Made by a program: the position numbers and the translations under genes. Positions 24,544 to 32,000 of a DNA stretch of 32,000 nucleotides are shown here, piece after piece. Source of the stretch: Delftia acidovorans NBRC 14950 (GTDB lineage: Bacteria; Pseudomonadota; Gammaproteobacteria; Burkholderiales; Burkholderiaceae_C); contig NZ_BCZP01000035.1 in NCBI RefSeq assembly GCF_001598795.1, forward strand, positions 1 to 32,000, written 5' to 3'. The notes under the pieces are model-generated. The model saw only the letters and a program-made list of their open reading frames with translations, had not been told where the DNA came from and searched no databases. How positions within the stretch are numbered: the first letter of the stretch is position 1; every line of letters begins with the position of its first letter.

Positions 24544-25215
24544 CTATCCGCGCTTGTTGCGGCCCAGGTCCACGCCCAGCTGGCGCAGCTTGCGGTACAG
24601 GTGGGTGCGCTCCAGGCCGGTCTTCTCGGCCACGCGTGTCATGGAGCCGCCTTCGCGTGCCAGGTGGAATTCGAAGTAGGCCTTCTCGAAGCCGTCGCGC
24701 GCCTCGCGCAGCGGGCGGTCCAGGTCGAACCCCTGGTGTGCATGCGGCACGTTGTTGTCCACCGGCACGCGGCTGGCCGCAGGCGTGACCACGGCCGCAG
24801 TGTCCGGCTCGACCACCGCCACGGGCGCTGCAGCCGGTGCCTGGCTGGCGGCGTTGCGCGCCAGGCCCTGCTCCACGGCCTTGAGCAGCTTTTGCATGGT
24901 GATGGGTTTTTCGAGGAAGGACAGCGCGCCGATGCGCGTGGCCTCCACGGCCGTCTCGATGGTGGCGTGGCCGCTCATCATGATCACGGGCATGGTCAGC
25001 AGACCTGCCGAGGCCCATTCCTTGAGCAGCGATACGCCATCGGTGTCGGGCATCCAGATGTCGAGAAGCACGAGGTCGTAGGTGTTGGAGGCGCGCGCCG
25101 AGCGTGCCTGACCGGCGTTCTCGGCCACGTCCACACTATGACCTTCGTCGTTGAGGATTTCCGACAACAAATCCCGGATCCCCAGTTCGTCGTCGACCAC
25201 CAGTATGTTTGCCAT
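24544..25215 (-). CDS. Response regulator, REC + Fis-type HTH (NtrX-like ends), with no central AAA+ sigma54-activation domain.
   Basis: 223 aa. MANILVVDDELGIRDLL....DLVLLDIWMPDTDG is the receiver with its phospho-Asp pocket. An Ala/Pro-rich linker follows. The C-terminal FEKAYFEFHLAREGGSMTRVAEKTGLERTHLYRKLRQLG is an HTH_8 motif. Confidence 0.9.
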   Translation of the reverse strand: MANILVVDDELGIRDLLSEILNDEGHSVDVAENAGQARSARASNTYDLVLLDIWMPDTDGVSLLKEWASAGLLTMPVIMMSGHATIETAVEATRIGALSFLEKPITMQKLLKAVEQGLARNAASQAPAAAPVAVVEPDTAAVVTPAASRVPVDNNVPHAHQGFDLDRPLREARDGFEKAYFEFHLAREGGSMTRVAEKTGLERTHLYRKLRQLGVDLGRNKRG

Positions 25216-25256
25216 GTGTCTTAAGCCTATGTGCTGAGGCGCGGGGGGCGTCAGGC

Positions 25257-27599
25257 CTATCCCGTACGCTCAGGCGCAAATGATAGCGACACTTGCGCAC
25301 CTTGAATCACCCCGTCGTCTTCCCTGTTGCCCAGGTCGATGCGGGCGCCATGCTCGTCTGCGATTTTCTTGACCACGGCCAGGCCCAGGCCGGTGCCTCG
25401 CACCTTGGTCGTGACGTAGGGCTCGAAGGCCCGTTGAAGGATGTTGGCGGCGAAGCCCGTGCCGCTGTCACTGATGCTCAGGCGCACGCGGCGCGTGGAC
25501 TCGTTCCAGCGCGTCTCTATGGTCACGGGGCCGGGGGGCTGGCCGCTTTCCTGCGCGCGCTGGGCCGTGGCGTCCTGGGCATTCTGCAAAAGATTGTGAA
25601 TGACCTGGCGCAGCTGCTGGCCATCGCCGGAAATCGGCGGGCATTGCGGGTCCAGCACGCAGTCCACGCGCACTTCGGCGTTCTCTTCCCCATACAGCTG
25701 GAGCACATCGGTGACCAGCGCGTTGAGGTCCAGCGACTGCAGGTTGGCGGCGGGAAGGCGCGCGTAGTCGCGGAATTCATCGACCAGGCGCTTCATGGCG
25801 CCGACCTGATCGACGATGGTCTTGACGGACTTGGCCAGCAGCGCCTGGTCAGCCGGCTGCAGCTTGTCGGTCAGCCGCATGGCCATGCGCTCGGCCGACA
25901 GCTGGATGGGAGTGAGCGGGTTCTTGATCTCGTGGGCCACGCGGCGCGCCACCTCGCCCCAGGCCTGGGCACGCTGGGCCGAGACGATTTCCGAGATGTC
26001 GTCGAAGACCAGCAGGCGCTGCGCATCGGGCAGTTCCGCACCACGCATGACCAGGGTGGTGGTGTGCTGGATGACGCCGCCATCGGTGGAGGCATGCAGC
26101 TCATGCACCAGTTGCCAGCGATCGCGCCCCTGCTCGCCCAGGAAGAGCGCGAACTGCTCCTGCACGACTTCGCCGAACTGCTCCAGCCCCGGCACCTGGG
26201 ACAGCAGCCGGCCTTCATGGACGGCCATGGGCGCGCGCAATATGCGCGTGGCGCCGGGATTGCTCAGCACGATGGCGCCCCGCGCGTCCAGCACGATGAC
26301 GCCCGAGGTGAGGTTGTCGAGGATGGTCTGCAGGTTGCCGCGTGCGGCATCGAGCTGGCCCATGCTGCGGTTGGCTTCGGCGCGGGCGTCGGCCAGTTGC
26401 TGGGTCATGAGCGCAAAGGAGCGTGTGAGCCCGCCGATCTCGTCGCGCGTCTGCAGCGCGGGCTTGGGCCGCAGGTCGCCGCGCGCCACGTCGCGCATGC
26501 CCTGGGCCAGCAGCAGCAGCGGCCTGGCCAGCTGGTTGCCCAGCACGATAGCCAGCACCACGGCGCCGAAGACGGCCAGGAACAGGCTGAGCGTGAGCGT
26601 GCCTATGTACATGCGCTGCAGGCCGCCGCGTGCCAGCGCGCGCTCCTGGTATTCGCGGTTGGCTGCCTGCACGGCCAGGGCATTGGTCACCAGGGCCTGC
26701 GGCAGTGCAATGGTGGCCTGCAGGTAGCGCGGCTCGGTCAGCAGGCCCACGCTGGGGTTGGGCACCAGGGCCAGGGTGCGGACCTGGGCGCCGGGCGCGG
26801 TGGCGCCGGGCTGGGCCATGCCGTCGTCGTCCAGGCCTTCGATGCTGGCCACGGCGCGCTGCTCGCGCAGCGAGCGCAGCATTTGCGCGCTAGGGCGTTC
26901 GGGCTGCAGGTTGAAGCGCGACTGGCCCACGCTGGCCACCGCGCGCAAGCCAGCCAGCTCGCCACTGCGCGGCACCGGCGCCGGACCCACGACGGCGATT
27001 TCGGAGGCGCTCCACAACACGACATCGGTGGCACCCAACTGGTCGCGCACGCGCTCCAGGATCAGCGCGGCGCCGGCATCGGAGACCTGGGACAGCTGGG
27101 CGCCTGCGGTGCGCGTGTTGTTGGCCATGTCATTGGCCACGGTCTCCAGCGTGGCACTGGCCAGGCTGACGCCGGCCGACAGCGCGCCCTCGACCTGCAC
27201 ATCGAACCAGCTTTCGATGGAGCGCGAGACGAACTGGTAGGAGACGATGTAGATCAGCAGGCCCGGCACCAGGCCCACCAGCGTGAAGATGCCGGCCAGC
27301 TTGAGCAGCAGGCGGCTGCCGAAGCGCCCGCGCTGCAGCCGGATGGCCAGGCGGATGCCGCCCCAGGCCAGGATGGCCAGCAGCAGGCCGGCCACGACCA
27401 CGTTGGCGGCGAACAGCCAGTTGTAGTTGCGCTCGTAGTCCAGGCGGTTGTTGGTGGCCAGGGTGAGCAGGAACAGCAGCAGCACGCCGACCAGGCCCAT
27501 GAGGCCGGCGCCCACGCCCACGGCCCAGCGCGTGCCGCGCGACAGGCCGGCCGAGGCCGGCAGGGCCACGCGTTCGTCGTCGGCTGAGGCCCTGCTCAT
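25257..27599 (-). CDS. Membrane sensor histidine kinase, NtrY-like (TM-HAMP-PAS-HisKA-HATPase).
   Basis: 780 aa with N-terminal transmembrane segments. HAMP region (LARPLLLLAQGMRDVARGDL). H-box VAHEIKNPLTPIQLSAERM. N/G boxes (NLLQNAQDA, DSGTGF, GTGLGLAVVKKI). The ATG overlaps the DUF4390 stop (ATGA at 27596-27599). Confidence 0.92.
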   Translation of the reverse strand: MSRASADDERVALPASAGLSRGTRWAVGVGAGLMGLVGVLLLFLLTLATNNRLDYERNYNWLFAANVVVAGLLLAILAWGGIRLAIRLQRGRFGSRLLLKLAGIFTLVGLVPGLLIYIVSYQFVSRSIESWFDVQVEGALSAGVSLASATLETVANDMANNTRTAGAQLSQVSDAGAALILERVRDQLGATDVVLWSASEIAVVGPAPVPRSGELAGLRAVASVGQSRFNLQPERPSAQMLRSLREQRAVASIEGLDDDGMAQPGATAPGAQVRTLALVPNPSVGLLTEPRYLQATIALPQALVTNALAVQAANREYQERALARGGLQRMYIGTLTLSLFLAVFGAVVLAIVLGNQLARPLLLLAQGMRDVARGDLRPKPALQTRDEIGGLTRSFALMTQQLADARAEANRSMGQLDAARGNLQTILDNLTSGVIVLDARGAIVLSNPGATRILRAPMAVHEGRLLSQVPGLEQFGEVVQEQFALFLGEQGRDRWQLVHELHASTDGGVIQHTTTLVMRGAELPDAQRLLVFDDISEIVSAQRAQAWGEVARRVAHEIKNPLTPIQLSAERMAMRLTDKLQPADQALLAKSVKTIVDQVGAMKRLVDEFRDYARLPAANLQSLDLNALVTDVLQLYGEENAEVRVDCVLDPQCPPISGDGQQLRQVIHNLLQNAQDATAQRAQESGQPPGPVTIETRWNESTRRVRLSISDSGTGFAANILQRAFEPYVTTKVRGTGLGLAVVKKIADEHGARIDLGNREDDGVIQGAQVSLSFAPERTG

Positions 27600-28279
27600 G
27601 GGGCGTCTTCCAGCATCTGGGTGCGCGACAGCTGCAGGTTCCAGCCCGAGCGGCCCAGCGCGCCGATCTGCAGCGGCCTGGGCAGCTGGGACAGGTCGAT
27701 GCGAAAGCGCAGTTGCACCGATACGCCCGATTGCGTGGGCGCCGTGTCCATGATCTTCCAGCGCGAGATGCGCTGCATGGAGGCCAGCGCATCGTCCAGG
27801 CTTTCGAAGGTCTGGCCCAGCGCCAGCCCCAGGCCGCTGCTGGAGAACGGGGTGCTGGAGATGTGCAGGCGCCAGCGGCGCGTCAGCGGCTGGTGGCTGA
27901 GGCGGTAGTGGCGACTGGCGGTGGCCAGTTGCTGATCGGACCAGTACCAGCGCTCGCGCTGGATCTGGGCATCGGCCACGAAGTACATGGGGATGCCCTG
28001 CCGCAGCGCATCGTCGATCTGGTAGGGCAGCTCGAAATGGAGGTTGGCCGACAGCAGCAGGCCGTCGTCGGAGCGATCGAGTTGCATGGGGCCGATCTCG
28101 GCCGTCAAGGCATCGGCCCTGGCCTGCAGGCCCAGACCCGCCAGCACGCCGGCCAGCACAAGCGCCCCGGCCAGCCGCGCCAGCAGGCGCAGCCAGGCTG
28201 GCGACCAGGCCCGATGGGGGGGGTCAGCGCGTCTTTTGCAGCAAGGCGTAGAAGAAACCGTCGTGGTCACCCAAAGCAT
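27596..28279 (-). CDS. DUF4390 domain-containing exported protein.
   Basis: Signal/anchor LLARLAGALVLAGVLAGLGLQARA, then LSANLHFELPYQIDDALRQGIPMYFVADAQIQRERWYW...LSHQPLTRRWRL, typical of DUF4390 as I recall it. The start is uncertain. The ATG at 28279 (or the GTG at 28270) lies inside the 3' end of rsmB, giving a 47-56-nt overlap. Confidence 0.8.
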   Translation of the reverse strand: MLWVTTTVSSTPCCKRRADPPHRAWSPAWLRLLARLAGALVLAGVLAGLGLQARADALTAEIGPMQLDRSDDGLLLSANLHFELPYQIDDALRQGIPMYFVADAQIQRERWYWSDQQLATASRHYRLSHQPLTRRWRLHISSTPFSSSGLGLALGQTFESLDDALASMQRISRWKIMDTAPTQSGVSVQLRFRIDLSQLPRPLQIGALGRSGWNLQLSRTQMLEDAP

Positions 28280-29621
28280 TGTCAGCCAGCATGCCGGCTT
28301 TGTCGGCTTTGCCCGGGATTAAATGCCCCGGTGCCGCCAGGGTTCGCGCCTCACTGTTGCGTGTAACAAACGCTTGAACCTGTGCCTCGCCCTCTTCCCT
28401 GAAGACCGAGCAGGTGCAGTAGAGCAGGCGCCCACCGGGCTGCAGCAGGGGCCACAGGGTGTCGAGCAGGCGCGCCTGGATCTCGGCCAGCTGGCGCACA
28501 TCGCTTTCGCGGCGCAGCCAGCGCACGTCGGGCTGGCGCCGCACGATGCCCGAGGCCGTGCAGGGCGCGTCCAGCAAGATGGCGTCGAACCGCTGGCCGC
28601 CGCATTGCGCATCGAACCACTGGTCGGGCCGGGATGCATCGGCCACCACCACGCGGGCCTGCAGGCGCAGCCGCCCCAGCGTGTCCGCGATGCGCGCGGC
28701 GCGCTCGGCATCTATCTCCAGCGCCGTGACCTCCAGGGTCTGCGGGGCTGCGTACTCCAGCAGGTGGGCCGTCTTGCCGCCCGGGGCGGCGCAGGCATCG
28801 AGCACACGCAGCGCGCGGCCGGCGGGCTGCTCCAGCCCCTGCAGCAGCAGCGGCGCGGCCAGTTGCGCGGCCGCATCCTGCACCGAGGCCAGGCCTTCGT
28901 CGAAGCCCGGCAGGGATTGCACCGGCAGGGCCTGCTGCAGTTGCAGGCCGCTGTCGGCCACGGCCAGGGAAGGCACGTCCATGGCCTGCAGCGCTGCCTG
29001 GTAGGACTGGCGGTCCGTTTGTTGGCGGTTGACGCGCAGCGTCATCGGCGGCTGTTCATTGTTGGCCTGCAGGATGGCTTGCCAATGATCGGGATGGTCC
29101 TTGCGCAAACGGGCGATCCACCAGGCCGGGTGGTTCCAGACGGCCTGCGGCTGGTCGTCGGTGGCGGCGACCAGGGCATCGCGCTCGCGCAGGAAGCGGC
29201 GCAGGCAGGCATTGATGAAGCCGGACTGGGCGCGCGTCGGCCCCTGCTTGGCAGCCTCCACCGTCTGGTTGACCAGGGTGAATGGTGGGTACGGTGCCCG
29301 GGACTCATCCCAGGCCAGGGCCAGGGCCGTGTTCAGCAATGCGCTGACGCGCGGCGGCGGGTTGCGCGAGGCCAGCTGCTTTTGCAGCGCCTGGGCACGA
29401 CCCAACTGGCGAAGCACCTGGAACAGCAGCGCCTGGACGCCGGGGCGCAGCGGCTGCGCCACGCGCGCCAGCACGCTGCGGCTGGACTGGCCTTCAAGCA
29501 CGGACTGCAGGCATTGGGCGACGGCGTCGAGCTGCTGCCAAAGAGGAGGTGCGGCCGGTGCGGCATGCGCCTGCGAGGGCGCCGCAGCGCGGCGCGGGGA
29601 AGAATGCGTGCGTTGGTTCAT
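28224..29621 (-). CDS. rsmB: 16S rRNA (cytosine967-C5)-methyltransferase RsmB/Sun.
   Basis: 465 aa with an NusB-like N-domain. SAM motifs VLDACAAPGGKT and FDAILLDAPCTASGIVRRQPDVRW, and catalytic LLYCTCS. The ATG overlaps the lemA stop (ATGA at 29618-29621). Confidence 0.95.
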   Translation of the reverse strand: MNQRTHSSPRRAAAPSQAHAAPAAPPLWQQLDAVAQCLQSVLEGQSSRSVLARVAQPLRPGVQALLFQVLRQLGRAQALQKQLASRNPPPRVSALLNTALALAWDESRAPYPPFTLVNQTVEAAKQGPTRAQSGFINACLRRFLRERDALVAATDDQPQAVWNHPAWWIARLRKDHPDHWQAILQANNEQPPMTLRVNRQQTDRQSYQAALQAMDVPSLAVADSGLQLQQALPVQSLPGFDEGLASVQDAAAQLAAPLLLQGLEQPAGRALRVLDACAAPGGKTAHLLEYAAPQTLEVTALEIDAERAARIADTLGRLRLQARVVVADASRPDQWFDAQCGGQRFDAILLDAPCTASGIVRRQPDVRWLRRESDVRQLAEIQARLLDTLWPLLQPGGRLLYCTCSVFREEGEAQVQAFVTRNSEARTLAAPGHLIPGKADKAGMLADNALGDHDGFFYALLQKTR

Positions 29622-30247
29622 GTTCCACTTTCCTGTGCCTTGCTGGCGACAGGCTCGACCAGCAGGCTGCGCACCGGGCGAAAGCCCAGCAGCCAGGCCA
29701 GCAGCCTGGCCGGATATTGCGCAATGGCGGCGTTGTAGCGCTCGGCCGCGGCGTTGAATTGCTGCAGTCCCAGGCGGTTGCGCACCTGGTGCTCGGTCCA
29801 GCGCTGCTGCCAGGGCTGCAGCGGATCGGGGTCCGGCGATGGGGCATCTGATGGCGCAGCGCCAGTGCCAGCGGCGCCGGCGCCGGTGTCAACGGCGACC
29901 TTGGTCATGGCCTGCCAGGCCACGTCCAGCGCCGAACAGGCGTGCTCCAGCGAGGCCAGCGCGGTCTCGCGCAGCGGCCGGCCACGGGCATCGACCAGGG
30001 CCGCCTGCAGCTGTGCGGCGGTCTGGTGCAGTGCGGCCTGGGCATGCACAAGGGCGGGGCTTTGGCCTTCGGCCTTGGGCTGGGCCTCGAAGGCCTGCAG
30101 CATGGCATGCCACTGGCCCAGGTGCGCATCGAGCGCTCCGAACTGCTGCACGCAGCCGCTGCGCAGCCGGGCCAGCCGGTTGTATGCGCCAACGGCCCAG
30201 AACACCAGCAGTGCCAGCAGCATCCATTCAAGAGACAAGGACCACAT
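29618..30247 (-). CDS. LemA-family membrane protein (divergent).
   Basis: I prefer the ATG at 30247 (MWSLSLEWMLLALLVFWAVGAYNRLARLRSGCVQQFGALDAHLGQ), an N-terminal TM followed by the YN.L..LR motif. The C-terminal RYNAAIAQYPARLLAWLLGFRP resembles the LemA YN.aI..FP...la...GF.p motif. The Shine-Dalgarno is weak, so the start is uncertain. Confidence 0.7.
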   Translation of the reverse strand: MWSLSLEWMLLALLVFWAVGAYNRLARLRSGCVQQFGALDAHLGQWHAMLQAFEAQPKAEGQSPALVHAQAALHQTAAQLQAALVDARGRPLRETALASLEHACSALDVAWQAMTKVAVDTGAGAAGTGAAPSDAPSPDPDPLQPWQQRWTEHQVRNRLGLQQFNAAAERYNAAIAQYPARLLAWLLGFRPVRSLLVEPVASKAQESGT

Positions 30248-30298
30248 CGTCTGCGATGGCCCCGCCGGAGGAGGTCCGGCCGGGCCCTGGTTATTCCC

Positions 30299-30340
30299 AA
30301 AGAAAAACGCTCCCGCCTGCGCAGGGCAGGCCGGGAGCGT
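30299..30340 (-). terminator. Rho-independent terminator of the rpoC transcript.
   Basis: On the minus strand, ACGCTCCCGGCCTGC cctgc GCAGGCGGGAGCGT followed by TTTTTCTTT: a 14-bp GC stem with one bulge. It lies about 160 nt after the rpoC stop. Confidence 0.8.
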
Positions 30341-30394
30341 CACATCATCAAGCACTTGCGCCATGCACTGCTCTAGGAGACAGCATGTCCCAAC

Positions 30395-30500
30395 AAGAGG
30401 GACGCCGAGCAAGGGCCGCCCCCGCAGCGAGGGCGTCGTCCCCCTCCCGCAAAGCGAGAGAGGGGGAAGCGGCACAGCCGCTCAGGGGGTGGCACCGCCT
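30395..30500 (-). repeat. Three consecutive GC-rich extragenic palindromes (REP-like) in the rpoC 3' region.
   Basis: On the minus strand: AGCGGC-tgt-GCCGCT; CCCCCTC-tctcgctttgcgg-GAGGGGG; GGGACGaCGCC-...-GGCGTCCC. The middle one resembles the cccctc..gcgggagggg-type palindromic repeats common in Burkholderiales genomes, as I recall them. Confidence 0.4.
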
Positions 30501-30501
30501 A

Positions 30502-32000
<1,499 letters not shown>

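Noticed and set aside
23852-24544. tRNA-Phe as the integration site of a genomic island, since tRNA 3' ends are common attB sites.
   Set aside because: There is no integrase, excisionase or phage/ICE gene on either side. I noticed no copy of the tRNA 3' end nearby. The flanking genes (nnrS/nsrR/cupin and the kinase/regulator pair) have host-like G+C and housekeeping character.
30248-30475. A 76-codon N-terminal extension of the LemA ORF (start at 30475), and extended versions of the nsrR (22926), 4-TM (22570), nnrS (23917), PCu(A)C (10959) and PhaM-like (10376) ORFs.
   Set aside because: The extensions cross terminators, hairpins or upstream genes and lack Shine-Dalgarno sequences. Except for lemA, whose start has only a weak Shine-Dalgarno, internal ATGs with good Shine-Dalgarno sequences coincide with the start of family homology or of a signal peptide.

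Overview
High-G+C betaproteobacterial chromosome segment; Burkholderiales/Comamonadaceae-like is my inference from gene content and protein sequences. Most of it is conserved housekeeping DNA, almost all on the minus strand. From left to right:

- **1-5678:** the 5' ~1890 codons of a giant secreted surface protein. The ORF track does not list it because its stop codon lies beyond the window. It sits in the only compositionally atypical, lower-G+C part of the window.
- **5679-6328:** about 650 bp of AT-rich non-coding DNA.
- **6329-7952:** a tandem glycine riboswitch driving a DadA-family FAD dehydrogenase.
- **7985-12137:** a FIST sensor protein, a PhaM-like protein with a histone-H1-like tail, a DUF2946/PCu(A)C copper pair, and a GST.
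- **12156-21690:** recC-recB-recD, with ATGA-overlapped junctions.
- **21740-24300:** an NO-stress module, nnrS-nsrR-(4-TM protein). A near-consensus NsrR operator lies in the region shared with a divergent cupin gene.
- **24402-24477:** tRNA-Phe(GAA).
- **24544-30247:** a tightly coupled chain, lemA-rsmB-DUF4390-(NtrY-like kinase), followed 41 nt downstream by a REC-Fis response regulator.
- **30502-32000:** the 3' end of rpoC, with a structured 3' region and an intrinsic terminator.

I found no CRISPR array, transposase, integrase, toxin-antitoxin pair or recognisable defence system. I cannot honestly nominate a clearly novel system. The best candidates for follow-up are the mosaic giant surface protein locus, the glycine riboswitch-DadA pairing, the NsrR-controlled divergent unit, and the uncharacterised DUF4390/kinase/regulator module.

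All domain and family calls come from reading the translations and from memory of those families. No database search was run.
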